Positions 50,014-62,282 of a stretch of DNA of 64,000 nucleotides are shown piece after piece (the stretch's first letter is position 1; every line of letters starts with the position of its first letter). The stretch is from Vicinamibacteria bacterium (lineage in GTDB: Bacteria; Acidobacteriota; Vicinamibacteria; Fen-336), in assembly GCA_016934575.1 (NCBI GenBank), contig JAFGSN010000007.1, positions 528-64,527 of the forward strand, read 5' to 3'. The translations under genes and the position numbers were made by a program. The notes beneath the pieces were generated by a model. That model saw only the letters and a list, made by a program, of their open reading frames with translations. It was not told the DNA's origin and ran no database searches.

Positions 50014-51401
50014 GAAGCGAGCGGCCGGACAGCGTCAATGCGGGCCAAGGCGCCGTCGAGCGAGGCCATTACGGCCTCGGGAGCCGTTCCCCCGCGGACG
50101 CGCTTGGCGCGCGTCGCCATGGCTGCGTCGAACAGCTCCGCCAGCCTTCCATGCAAATGCGGCGCATGCGCGGGAATGACACGTTCCGCGACTTCAAGCA
50201 GGAGAACGCCGGTTTTCCGCGACTCGGCCACGAGCGCTCCGACGAGCGCATGCGCTTTCCTGAAAGGCAAGCCTTCGCGGGCGAGAGCGACTGCCAGGTG
50301 CGCGGCGACGGTTTCCTCTTGATCCGCCGCGCGACGCATGGCCTCGGCGTTGAGGCTGAGACCCGCGACGATTCCCGACATGATCGCCACCGAGTTGACG
50401 ACCGTCTCGGCCGCGTCGAAGACCGCTTCCTTGTCCTCTTGGAGGTCTTTGTGGTATCCCGCGCCCAGGCCTTTGACGAGCACCAGAATACGGACGAGCG
50501 CGCCCTGAACGCGGCCCGCTTTGCCCCGAATCAGCTCCAGTCCGTCGGGATTCTTCTTCTGGGGCATGAGGCTCGATCCGGTCGTGAAGGATTCGGGGAT
50601 GCCGAAAAAGCCGTGCTCCGGCGCCGAGAGCCGAATGAGATCCTCGGCCAAGCGCGATAGGCGCGTCTGGATCTGGACGCAAGCGAAGATGAAATCGGCG
50701 GCAAAGTCGCGATCCATGACCGCATCAAGCGCGTTTTCCGACACTGCGTCAAAACCGAGATCGCGGGCCAGAGCCTCGCGATCGAGCGGCAACGCCGTTC
50801 CCGCCAGGGCGCCGGAGCCCAGAGGCAGAACGTTGGCGCGTTTCCGCGCTTCCGCGAGGCGCTCGGCGTCCCGCACGAAACCCCACGTCCAGGCGGCCAA
50901 CCAGTGACCGGCGGTGATCGGTTCGGCCGCGCGGGTGTGGGTATAGCCCGGCATGACGAAAGCGGCGGCTTCGCGGCCCTTTTCGACGAGCGTCTCCAGG
51001 AGAAAACACAGGCCTTCGAGCAGATGATCGCTCGTCGCGCGAAGCCACAGTCGCAGGGCGGTGACCGCCTGCTCGTTGCGGCTGCGGCCGAGGTGACCCT
51101 GACCGGCCAGATCGCCCACGATCTCGCCGAGACGCGTCTCGACGAAGCTGTGAACGTCCTCGCAATCGATTTCGAGGAACGCCGGATCCCGCCGGGAGTT
51201 TTCGAGAATACGCGCCAAGCCGTCGACCAGGCGAGACGCGTCTTCCCCGGAAATCGCGCCGCAACGGTCCAGCGCCCGGGCATACGCCTGCGACGCCGCG
51301 ATCTCCTCCGCGAGCAGACGACGGTCAAAGGAAAAGGATTGATTGAAGGCCCAAAAGGCGTCGTCCGGCTCGGATTCGTAATTGCCGCCCCAAAGCTTCA
51401 T
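50010..51401 (-). CDS. argH: argininosuccinate lyase
   Basis: Begins MKLWGGNYESEPDD. Contains GYTHTRAAEPIT and the fumarate-lyase signature GSSLMPQKKNPD. The start is at internal ATG 51401, 2 nt after the argJ stop. Confidence 0.95.
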   Translation of the reverse strand: MKLWGGNYESEPDDAFWAFNQSFSFDRRLLAEEIAASQAYARALDRCGAISGEDASRLVDGLARILENSRRDPAFLEIDCEDVHSFVETRLGEIVGDLAGQGHLGRSRNEQAVTALRLWLRATSDHLLEGLCFLLETLVEKGREAAAFVMPGYTHTRAAEPITAGHWLAAWTWGFVRDAERLAEARKRANVLPLGSGALAGTALPLDREALARDLGFDAVSENALDAVMDRDFAADFIFACVQIQTRLSRLAEDLIRLSAPEHGFFGIPESFTTGSSLMPQKKNPDGLELIRGKAGRVQGALVRILVLVKGLGAGYHKDLQEDKEAVFDAAETVVNSVAIMSGIVAGLSLNAEAMRRAADQEETVAAHLAVALAREGLPFRKAHALVGALVAESRKTGVLLLEVAERVIPAHAPHLHGRLAELFDAAMATRAKRVRGGTAPEAVMASLDGALARIDAVRPLAS

Positions 51402-51403
51402 GA

Positions 51404-52590
51404 TCAGCTCCGATAGCTTCCATTGATCTCCACGTATCCAGGGCCGAGGTCGCACGTCCAGATTGATCCGCTCGCATCGCCGCGATTGAGCCGCACGCGG
51501 ATCAGGATCGGTTCTTCGACCACGGCGCGCGTCGCCTGCGACTCGTCGTAATCCCGTGCCCGGCCGCCCTCGGCCACCCAGACGTCTCCCAGAAAAATAT
51601 CCACGCGCGAAGCGTCAAGCTCGACGCCGGAACGGCCCGCGGCGGCGAGGATACGCCCCCAATTGGCGTCTCCGCCGTGCAGCGCCGTCTTGACCAGCGG
51701 AGACTCGGCGATGGTGCGGGCGACCCGATCGGCCTCGATGTCGCTCGCGGCGCGTTCGACGCGGATCTCGGCCACGCGTGTCGCGCCTTCGCCGTCGCGA
51801 ATGAGCAACTGCGCCAGCCTGAAAGAGACTTCGCGCAATCCCTTGCGAAAGGCGTCGAACGCGGCGCCCTCCGTCTCGATCGGGGGTGCGCCCGACGCGC
51901 CTCCAGAGAGAACGATCGTCGTGTCGTTCGTCGAGGTGTCGCCGTCGACCGTGATGCGGTTGAGGCCGGCGTCGACAGCCTCGTGAAGGGCGCGATCGAG
52001 CAGAGATGCGCCGACCCGAATGTCGGTCGTGATGAAGGCGAGCATCGTCGCCATGTTCGGCGCGAGCATGCCCGCGCCCTTGGCCATGGCGCCGATACGC
52101 GCCGTGACGCCGCCGATCTCAAGCTCGACGACGATCTCCTTGGGACAGGTGTCCGTGGTGAGGATGGCGCGTGCCGCGACCGCGCCTCCTTCGGGGCTGA
52201 GCGCGGCGACCGCGCGCGGGATCCCCGCGCGCAGCTTTTCCATCGGCAGGTATGTCCCGATCACGCCCGTTGAGGCGACGAGCACCTCCCGGGGCAGGCA
52301 ACCGCAGTCCGTTGCGGTGAGCGCGGCCATTTCACGAGCATCCGCAATGCCTCTCGCTCCCGTGGCCGCGTTGGCGCAACCGGCGTTGACGACGACTGCG
52401 CGGGCTTGACCGGATGCGACGTGCTCGCGCGAGACGAGAATCGGCGCCGCCTGAGCTCGGTTGCGCGTGAACACCGCTGCGGCCGAGCAGAGCTCGTCCG
52501 CAGCGATGACCGCGAGATCGAGGCTCTCCTTTTTAATGCCCGTCATCGCTCCGATGGCGCGGAAGCCGCGCGGGGCCGTGACACCGGTGC

Positions 52591-52594
<4 letters not shown>
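51404..52594 (-). CDS. argJ: bifunctional glutamate N-acetyltransferase / amino-acid acetyltransferase
   Basis: 396 aa. Contains GFRAIGAMTGIKK and the autoprocessing site PNMATMLAFITTD. Its start overlaps the argG stop (ATGA). Confidence 0.95.
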
Positions 52595-53817
<1,223 letters not shown>

Positions 53818-54048
53818 ATCATCTTCCTTTCAATGCCGATGACGTTCCAGTGCGGCATCCAGTCATGACCAACGAACGCGGCCAGCGGCTCGAAGGCCGC
53901 GCCGGCCGTTCTCTCGATCCGACTCGGCCGCCATGAGCTCCGCGTGATGCAGGCACGCCGGACGCGCCGCGCGGCGGCGGCTCGGGGGCGGCGATACCCG
54001 GATCATCCGCCGCGCACGCCCCGTGAAATCGCAGCGACGGCGCCGTGC

Positions 54049-54792
54049 TCATTGCGCTCCCGCACAAACGAGCGTGCCGGGAAAGCCCCGTAAAAGGCGC
54101 GCTTTCCCGGCGATCACGACCTCATTGATGCCGGCTTCGACGGCCTCGAGAGCGACGCGCACTTTGAGCGCCATGCCGCCAGTGATCGTGCCTTCCTCGA
54201 TGAGACGTTGTGCGTCGTCCGGCGTGAGGCGCTCCAAGAAGTCGTCGCCGGCTCGTACTCCGTCGACGTCGGAGAGGTAGACCAGGGCTCTGGCGCTGAC
54301 GGCTCGCGCCAGGCCCAAAGCGGCCTCGTCGGCGTTGACGTTGACGGAATCGCCGTCCGGTCCGGAAGACACGGGCGAAACCACGGGCACCAGCGCGCGC
54401 GACCACAATGCGTCGACAAGCGCCGTCTCGATGGAAACCGGCGTGCCGACGCGGCCGAGACCCGGTTCGATCCGGGTTCGGATCAGGTTCCCATCGCGGC
54501 CGGAGACGCCAAGAGCGGGCACGCCGAACCGACACAGTCCAGCCACGAGCTGCTTGTTCACGAGGCCCGAGAGCACCATCTCGACGACCTCCATCGCCTC
54601 CTTTGACGTCTCGCGCCGGCCGTCGATGAAGCGCGACTCGATTCCCAGGCGCTGGAGCATCCGTTCGATGCGTCTTCCGCCGCCATGCACGAGGAGGATA
54701 TCCGTGTCGCATCGCCTTATCTCGTCGGCCAGCGGCGCGAACAACGCGTGGTCTTCGAGCGCGGGCCCACCGATCTTGTATATGTAGCTCAT
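54049..54792 (-). CDS. argB: acetylglutamate kinase
   Basis: 247 aa. Contains YKIGGPAL, LLVHGGGRRI, NVNADEAAL and ITGGMALKV. Confidence 0.9.
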   Translation of the reverse strand: MSYIYKIGGPALEDHALFAPLADEIRRCDTDILLVHGGGRRIERMLQRLGIESRFIDGRRETSKEAMEVVEMVLSGLVNKQLVAGLCRFGVPALGVSGRDGNLIRTRIEPGLGRVGTPVSIETALVDALWSRALVPVVSPVSSGPDGDSVNVNADEAALGLARAVSARALVYLSDVDGVRAGDDFLERLTPDDAQRLIEEGTITGGMALKVRVALEAVEAGINEVVIAGKARLLRGFPGTLVCAGAQ

Positions 54793-54845
54793 CGGCGTTC
54801 TCTTACGTTCCTCTCTGTCTTCAAGGATCCTTCAAACCCTGCTCG

Positions 54846-54881
54846 GAAATGAGAAAGCCCACTGGAGAATCATCCAGCGGG
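54846..54881 (-). terminator. intrinsic-terminator-like hairpin between cheW and argB
   Basis: The minus-strand RNA CCCGCUGGA-UGAUUC-UCCAGUGGG forms a 9-bp stem with one G-U pair. It is followed by CUUUCUCAUUUCC. It lies 65 nt upstream of the argB ATG and downstream of the promoter at 55005-55032. Confidence 0.55.
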
Positions 54882-54913
54882 CCGTTGGAGACTGGCGTCT
54901 AACACCGATTTCG

Positions 54914-54994
54914 CTAGGTCGTCCCCGTCGCCCGCCGCGTGGACGGGCTTCGCCTCATTCGGGTCGTGACGTGCGTGACGGGCATGAACGCCAT
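54914..54994 (-). CDS. candidate 26-codon leader peptide (uORF) upstream of argB
   Basis: Hand translation gives MAFMPVTHVTTRMRRSPSTRRATGTT-stop, with 5 Arg and 7 Thr. The ATG lies 10 nt after the -10 element, so it would be leaderless. It is the 3' tail of the otherwise implausible track ORF 54914..55810. Confidence 0.25.
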   Translation of the reverse strand: MAFMPVTHVTTRMRRSPSTRRATGTT

Positions 54995-55004
54995 TGCGTT
55001 GCTG

Positions 55005-55032
55005 ATCATACGCCTTGTCGGACGTTTGTCAA
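55005..55032 (-). promoter_or_regulatory. near-consensus sigma70 promoter facing argB
   Basis: On the minus strand: TTGACA (55032-55027), a 16-nt spacer, then TATGAT (55010-55005). It lies in the intergenic space 76 nt after the cheW stop. Confidence 0.55.
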
Positions 55033-55107
55033 GAACGCTTCCGGCCGCCCGGCCGCGTCGCGCCGTCTGAAATCGGGAAAGCGTCGTTTCGCTCGAGTGT
55101 CGCCGTC

Positions 55108-55683
55108 TCATGCGGGCGCGATGCCGCGAGCAGTCGTGGAAGGCCGTGGCGCGACGCGGCCTTGACTGGAATCCTCCCGCGCGATGGAATGCGCCAGCCG
55201 CGCCTTCTCGTCCCCGCTCAGGAGGCGATCGGCGTCGATCAAAAGGGTCAGGCGGCCGTCTGTTCGTATGGCGCCGCGCGCATACGCGGCGCTCTCGCTG
55301 AAAAGACGCGGCGGAATCGGTTCGATCTCCCTTCGCAGCACGCGTTGCGTGGCATGCAGAACGTCGACGCGCAGGCCGAATATGGAATCGTCGATCTCGA
55401 CGAAGAGCACTCGGTTCGTGGGCGTCTCGGTTCCCGCGTCTTTCAGTCCGAAACGCTCTCGCAGAGAAACCACCGGCGCCCGTTCGTTGCGAAACAAGCG
55501 AACGCCGAACAGCAAAGGCCCCCACGCCGCCGGACGCTCCTCGCACGAGGACGGGGCGATGCCGACGACGGAGGCGACGTCCAGGGCGTAGCGCTGGTCG
55601 CCCACCTCGAAGCTCACGACCCGCACGCTCTCCTCGTATCGCGCGTCCAGGGTCTGACGCGATGCAACGCTTTCGGGACTCAT
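55108..55683 (-). CDS. cheW: chemotaxis coupling protein CheW
   Basis: VVSFEVGDQRYALDVASVVGI...VLFVEIDDSIFGLRVDVLHATQRV..GAIRTDGRLTLLIDADRLL. The ATG overlaps the EAL gene stop (ATGA), with AAGGAGG just upstream. The ORF opens at 56046. Confidence 0.85.
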   Translation of the reverse strand: MSPESVASRQTLDARYEESVRVVSFEVGDQRYALDVASVVGIAPSSCEERPAAWGPLLFGVRLFRNERAPVVSLRERFGLKDAGTETPTNRVLFVEIDDSIFGLRVDVLHATQRVLRREIEPIPPRLFSESAAYARGAIRTDGRLTLLIDADRLLSGDEKARLAHSIAREDSSQGRVAPRPSTTARGIAPA

Positions 55684-56408
55684 GGAACCTCCTTGGCGCG
55701 CGCCGGGCGCTCTTCCGTCGATTCTGCATGCACGTCCTCGGCCCACCGAATCGCCTCGTTGAACGGCAGCGGCGCGCAAAGATGGCCGCCTTCGGCATAA
55801 TCGACTCCAAGAGATTTCAGCGTGCCGAGATCCTCGCGGCTCGTCACGCCGTCCGCGATCACCGCCGAGCCCAGTTTCCAGGCCAGATGCGTGATCGCTT
55901 CCAGCACGGCCTGTCGATTGACGTCTCTGGCGCAGTCGCGCACCACGTAGTCCGAAATCCGGAGATAGTCGGGATGCGTCTCCAGGAGAAGCCGATAACT
56001 CGCGTTGGAGCATTCCGTCGCCACCGAGACGCGAATGCCCGCCCAACGCAACTCATCCAGCATGTCGGCCAGCGCTTCTTTCGAAACGGAGCATCCGGCG
56101 CCGATCTCGACGATCAGACGCTTCCTCGTCTTCTGCGCCGCGCGCGACGAGTCGAAGAGCGCTTCGATGTCTTTCCTCACGAGATCATCCGCCGAAACTT
56201 CGAGATACAGGGCCGCTTCCGCCCGTTCCTCCGCGGCCTTCTGTAACAGGGTCTCGATCAACTCCCGGCCATGAATCGCCGGAATCGACTCGCCGGCAAG
56301 CCGTCCGCTGCATCTGGGATGGAGCGCCAGCACCGTCGGTCGTTCAGGAATCAAAGACACGATGGGTTGATACGTCAAGCCGATCCCGTCCTCGAAAGAC
56401 CCGCTCAT
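55680..56408 (-). CDS. degenerate EAL-domain protein
   Basis: YQPIVSL opens an EAL fold. The E-A-L position reads LALHPR, and the N of NLS reads LEVS. DDFGTG reads VATECSN, and EGVE reads ADGVTS. Only the E in LIVEIG and the D of RISD are kept. Confidence 0.7.
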   Translation of the reverse strand: MSGSFEDGIGLTYQPIVSLIPERPTVLALHPRCSGRLAGESIPAIHGRELIETLLQKAAEERAEAALYLEVSADDLVRKDIEALFDSSRAAQKTRKRLIVEIGAGCSVSKEALADMLDELRWAGIRVSVATECSNASYRLLLETHPDYLRISDYVVRDCARDVNRQAVLEAITHLAWKLGSAVIADGVTSREDLGTLKSLGVDYAEGGHLCAPLPFNEAIRWAEDVHAESTEERPARAKEVP

Positions 56409-56628
56409 GAGGGCTGCTCCTCTCTGGATTGTTTCTAAAATCTATCGCCTTGCGAGCGCGGCGTATATCGGCCGGATTCTGAAACTTCTGTCGGAATCTT
56501 CCGACGCTCCGGGACCATAAGATGTCATTGCCCCGTCCGCCGCTGCATCGACGCGCTATTTTTACGATTGGATTCGAAGGTTTCGACTGTAAACGCTGAC
56601 TCAATACATGAGCAATGCGGTCCGAGTG

Positions 56629-57714
56629 TCAGTCGACCTGGCGTCCCATGCGGCGCAGGACGGAGGCGGGAATGCCGTTGAGCGACACGATCTCGTTCGC
56701 GGCTCCTCGCGCAATGGCCTCGCGCGGCATGCCGAAAACGACGCAAGAAGCTTCGTCCTGAGCAATCGTCCATGCGCCGGCGCGTTTCATTTCGAGCAGC
56801 CCTTCCGCCCCGTCGTCCCCCATCCCCGTCATGATCACTCCGACCGCGTTGCCGCCCGCCGACTGCGCCGCCGAACGAAAGAGCACGTCGACGCTCGGGC
56901 GGTGTCGCGAGACGAGCGGGCCGTCGCGCACCTCGACTCGATAATGAGAGCCGCTGCGAGCGAGCAGCATATGCCGATTGCCGGGAGCGACGAGCGCCCG
57001 GCCGGCCGTCACTTCATCGTTGTTCTCGGCTTCCTTGACTTGAAGCGCGCAGCCCTGATCCAGGCGAGCCGCGAACGCGCGCGTGAACTCCTCGGGCATG
57101 TGCTGAACGATCACGATCCCGGGCGTGTCGCTCGGCAGGGTTTGCAGCAGATAATGCAGCGCCTCCGTTCCTCCGGTTGACGCGCCGATCGCCACGACTT
57201 TTTCCGTCGTGATGCTCATCCGCTTACGCACGGGCGGAGGCAGCATGACGTCCGCCGTCTGCCGCGGCTCGCCCTTTCGCTTGCGAAACAGACGCGCCGA
57301 GGCCGCGGCTCTCACCGCGTCGATGATCATCACCGCCGACTCCTCGAGGAAGCCCTGCACGTCGAGCCTGGGTTTCGTGATCACCTCGAGCGCGCCCTCC
57401 TCGAGCGCGCGTATGGCCAGCGCCGTCCCTTCTCCCGTGTGCGCGGAGCAGATGACGACCGGGATCGGATCCTCGCGCATGATCTTTCGAAGGAACGTCA
57501 TCCCGTCCATGCGAGGAAGCTCGAGATCCAGAATGATCACGTCAGGTCTGCTGAGCTTCATCTTCTGCATGGCGATGATCGGATCCGCCGCGGCCTGGAC
57601 CTCGATCCCGGGATCCCGCGACAAGACGGCCGGCATCGCCATGCGCACGACAGCCGAGTCGTCCACGACGAGCACGTTCAGCGGACTGGCTTTCAAGGAA
57701 AAGTCGGGGGACAT
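56629..57714 (-). CDS. cheB: chemotaxis response regulator protein-glutamate methylesterase CheB
   Basis: Receiver [24 protein letters not shown], plus the methylesterase motifs [16 protein letters not shown] and TGMGDDG. Confidence 0.95.
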   Translation of the reverse strand: MSPDFSLKASPLNVLVVDDSAVVRMAMPAVLSRDPGIEVQAAADPIIAMQKMKLSRPDVIILDLELPRMDGMTFLRKIMREDPIPVVICSAHTGEGTALAIRALEEGALEVITKPRLDVQGFLEESAVMIIDAVRAAASARLFRKRKGEPRQTADVMLPPPVRKRMSITTEKVVAIGASTGGTEALHYLLQTLPSDTPGIVIVQHMPEEFTRAFAARLDQGCALQVKEAENNDEVTAGRALVAPGNRHMLLARSGSHYRVEVRDGPLVSRHRPSVDVLFRSAAQSAGGNAVGVIMTGMGDDGAEGLLEMKRAGAWTIAQDEASCVVFGMPREAIARGAANEIVSLNGIPASVLRRMGRQVD

Positions 57715-57824
57715 CGCGGCCTTTCAGGCATGCGGTGATACGGCTCCCATCAACACTAAATATTACTTTCGATCGAAGCGAACGCCAACTGCAAGGCGTT
57801 CTTTTCGACCGGCGTTCTTCCGAG

Positions 57825-58511
57825 TCAATCGTCGGGCAGAAGTCGACCGGGAGGAGTTTCCTTGAAACGTACATGGAGCCGCGCGACGCCGTCCTTACCG
57901 ACGTGAATGGAGCGAACAACGGCCTCCGTTCGGTAAGCACCCCCGATTTCCTCGATGACGATCTCTTCTCCCGCGACGATGGATTGCGCCGTCGGCAGGC
58001 ACGCGCCGCCTCTGCTCAGGTCTTCAGTGACCGACTGTTCCAAGCCCTCGTCGCCCGCGGCCGTCTTACGATGGAGACGGACGTTCAGGAAAACGTGCCG
58101 GCGGACCGCTCGCCGTCGCTCCTCACGTTCCGGGGGCGGGTCGCCTGGAAGCAGGTATCGGCACGAGGGGTTTTCTTCGAAGCCTTTGGGCGGTTTCTTG
58201 CCCAAAAACTTGAGCCTGACCCACGATCCCTGGGAATCGGTGGAGACGTCGCGAACCAGGGAATAAACACGATAAGTGGGCTGGCCCTGATCGAATTTTC
58301 TCATCTGAGCCGGCAATGCCATGTTCAGAAGCACGATCTGACCGCGTGCGACATGGTTTTTGAGAAGAAAGCTCAGGCCGCCAAAGGAGACGTCGCTACT
58401 TGTCGTGGTCTCCTCCCAGGCGGTTCCGTCCGTCTCAAAACCCTTCACTCGCACTGGAAGACACACGCACGTGCGAGCATGCGCCCTTCGTTCCGTGTCC
58501 GGCCCGTTCAT
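57825..58511 (-). CDS. tandem PilZ-domain protein
   Basis: There are two PilZ units with intact motifs. The first has ERRAHAR plus DVSFGG. The second has ERRRAVR plus DLSRGG. The start is at internal ATG 58511. The ORF opens at 58610. Confidence 0.75.
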   Translation of the reverse strand: MNGPDTERRAHARTCVCLPVRVKGFETDGTAWEETTTSSDVSFGGLSFLLKNHVARGQIVLLNMALPAQMRKFDQGQPTYRVYSLVRDVSTDSQGSWVRLKFLGKKPPKGFEENPSCRYLLPGDPPPEREERRRAVRRHVFLNVRLHRKTAAGDEGLEQSVTEDLSRGGACLPTAQSIVAGEEIVIEEIGGAYRTEAVVRSIHVGKDGVARLHVRFKETPPGRLLPDD

Positions 58512-58702
58512 GGTCACACCCTGATCGACGACGACGACGACACGTCCCGCTTGAGACGACAAGCGCGATTCATTCGGCAAAAGATAGCACCAGTTGGCGC
58601 TGTTGACCACCGCTTTTTATCGAGCGAGAGAAAGGACAAGAAATCGCGAGACAATCAAAATAAATGGCGGTTGCCGGAGTCCGGCGATCCGGGCGCCGCA
58701 GC

Positions 58703-58742
58703 AAAGGGGAACCTGTCCCGACTGATAACGGGACAGGTTCCC
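58703..58742 (-). terminator. hairpin terminator after the lipoprotein gene
   Basis: A perfect 14-bp stem joins GGGAACCTGTCCCG (58707-58720) and CGGGACAGGTTCCC (58729-58742) across an 8-nt loop. On the minus strand it is followed by CUUUG, which is a short U-tract. Confidence 0.55.
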
Positions 58743-58750
58743 GCGCCGAC

Positions 58751-59266
58751 TCACTGCACCATGATCGACGCCGTCTCGGCGAATGACAGGTCGTTGTCGT
58801 CTTTGAACGTGAAGGTCACGGTGATCAGAGCTTCCCGTCCTTCATTCGGAAGGTCGTACCACGCTTCGAAGCCAACGGTGGCCGTGCCGTTGCCTTCGAT
58901 CCGGTTGCCGCTGGCCTGCGAATTGTATTGATAATGCTCGATATCGTTGACCGGCGTGATGACGATCCCGCCCGAGGCTTGCTGCACCTTGAGGCTCATG
59001 GCGGTGATATATCGGCCCACTCCCGCAGTCTCCTGAACGATCACGGTGAAAGACGTCTTCCAGGGGTATTCGATGATCTGATCGGGGTGCGTGTCGTCGC
59101 CCTTGATCGTGTATGTGACGCCGCTGGATTGCTCGGCGATCGCGGGATACGGGCTGAACGTGAACACCGACTCCTCGGACGTCGCGTCAGTCACCTCTTC
59201 TTCGCAAGCGCACATGAAAGAGACGGTTAATAGCAGGATCGGTAACAGTGTTTTTCGATGCGTCAT
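58751..59266 (-). CDS. putative lipoprotein / secreted protein of unknown function
   Basis: 171 aa. Signal peptide MTHRKTLLPILLLTVSFMCAC with Cys, AAAGGAG upstream, and beta-rich mature sequence. Confidence 0.55.
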   Translation of the reverse strand: MTHRKTLLPILLLTVSFMCACEEEVTDATSEESVFTFSPYPAIAEQSSGVTYTIKGDDTHPDQIIEYPWKTSFTVIVQETAGVGRYITAMSLKVQQASGGIVITPVNDIEHYQYNSQASGNRIEGNGTATVGFEAWYDLPNEGREALITVTFTFKDDNDLSFAETASIMVQ

Positions 59267-59701
59267 GGTTGCTCCTTTGTAAATATGGACGTCATTTCAT
59301 GCTTCTCGATTCCTTCTTGCGGATCGATCGGCTCAGCGGGCGTCGGCTCGGCGAGTCTGGTCGTTGCGGGCGCGAGCACGAATTTGAGATTTCTCGGCTC
59401 TCCGAACCGTTGATTTTCGACACGACCAGGGAGTAGGCACGGGTGACGATCGGATCTGTCGCCGTCGGATAAGGCTGTCATCGTCCCCTCGCTCCGCACG
59501 TGGGAAAGCTTGCCACATTCAACCTTTTGGAATGATGAAGCTGCGGCAAAGATGCCATTAAGTCGTGTACGTTCATGACTTGCGGGGGAAAATGCCGTTG
59601 AGCGCGCCCGCGCGGCCCTACCGGAAAGGTCAGGCGCGCATGTCGCGATCTCCGCCCTCATTCAGAGGAGAGCGCGGTTATTGTTCGCGCAGGACCTGCC
59701 T

Positions 59702-59744
59702 AAAAAAACGAATGCCCGAGGTCGGAGTCGATCTCGGGCATTCG
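59702..59744 (-). terminator. rho-independent terminator of the cold-shock gene
   Basis: On the minus strand: CGAATGCCCGAG, a 12-nt loop, then CTCGGGCATTCG, followed by TTTTTTT. It lies 17 nt after the csp stop. Confidence 0.85.
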
Positions 59745-59760
59745 AAGGGCACGACGACCT

Positions 59761-59961
59761 TTAGAGAGCAGTGACGTTCGCGGCGCGCGGCCCCTTGGGG
59801 CTGTCGACGATCTCGAACTGCACTTTCTGGCCTTCGCTCAGCGACTTGAAACCCTCGGCGCGGATTTCAGAGTGATGGACGAAGACATCCGGACCACCCT
59901 CGCGCGAGAGAAATCCGAAACCCTTAGAGTCGTTGAACCACTTGACAGTACCTTCGATCAT
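59761..59961 (-). CDS. cspA: cold-shock protein (CspA family)
   Basis: 66 aa. [16 protein letters not shown] (RNP1) and DVFVHHS (RNP2). Confidence 0.95.
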   Translation of the reverse strand: MIEGTVKWFNDSKGFGFLSREGGPDVFVHHSEIRAEGFKSLSEGQKVQFEIVDSPKGPRAANVTAL

Positions 59962-60243
59962 GAGCTTACGGGCCTCCTAGAGCCCACGCCTAGCCGCCCG
60001 TGCATACCGCGCGTCCACGATACGAAGGCTGCCAACCATTAGACAGCCCGGTCCGAAACGCCGAGCAACGGCAACTATGCGGATTACAGTGTAGCAGATA
60101 ATGGCGGCCAAATGTCCAACGGCGAGAAACGCGTCCGCGCGGCTGCATTCGCCCCCCTGCCGGCAAGCGCGGTATCCGTCCACGACCCGCGGACATTCGG
60201 ACGTTGTCCATCTCCTTGACCGGCCGTGACTGGGAGACGGCGC

Positions 60244-61890
<1,647 letters not shown>

Positions 61891-61974
61891 TCAGGACTCG
61901 CCGACAGGCGAATTCTGAGGTTGATCCGTCTCGCGGCGCGCCGCGCCGCTTCAGGAATTCGTATAAGGGAATTC

Positions 61975-62262
61975 CTAGGAAAGAATCGCCAGAACGTCGT
62001 CCTCGCGAAGGATAAGAACCTCTTCGCCTTCCATCTTGATGTCGTTCCCGGAGTACTTGCCGAAGAGAATCTTGTCTCCGACCTTGACTTCGAGGGCGAC
62101 CTTCGTGCCGTTCTCGAGGATCTTGCCGTTGCCGGCAGCGAGGACTTCGCCCTCCTGAGGCTTCTCCTTGGCCGTGTCGGGGATGATAATGCCTCCCTTG
62201 GCCGTTTCTTTCTCCTCGACCCGCCGAACCAACAGGCGGTCACGCAATGGGCGTATTTTCAT
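61975..62262 (-). CDS. groS: co-chaperonin GroES
   Basis: 95 aa. [46 protein letters not shown]. Confidence 0.97.
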   Translation of the reverse strand: MKIRPLRDRLLVRRVEEKETAKGGIIIPDTAKEKPQEGEVLAAGNGKILENGTKVALEVKVGDKILFGKYSGNDIKMEGEEVLILREDDVLAILS

Positions 62263-62282
62263 CTCGGTTCGTCTCCCTTCAT

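Noticed and set aside
53819-54067. 82-aa ORF in the argB-argG spacer
   Set aside because: It overlaps the argB 3' end. It has mixed third-position composition, no motif and no ribosome-binding site. I treated it as non-coding spacer (see the finding for 53818-54048).
56409-56628. 86-aa ORF (56344..56604) and the CGGAATCTTCCG near-palindrome in the cheB-EAL spacer
   Set aside because: The ORF overlaps the EAL start and has no coding signature. The palindrome is short and unique, so the evidence is insufficient to call an operator.
59263-59661. 132-aa ORF between the cold-shock terminator and the lipoprotein gene
   Set aside because: No motif is present, the composition resembles the spurious frames, and it overlaps the lipoprotein start. 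The region is more likely promoter/5' UTR.
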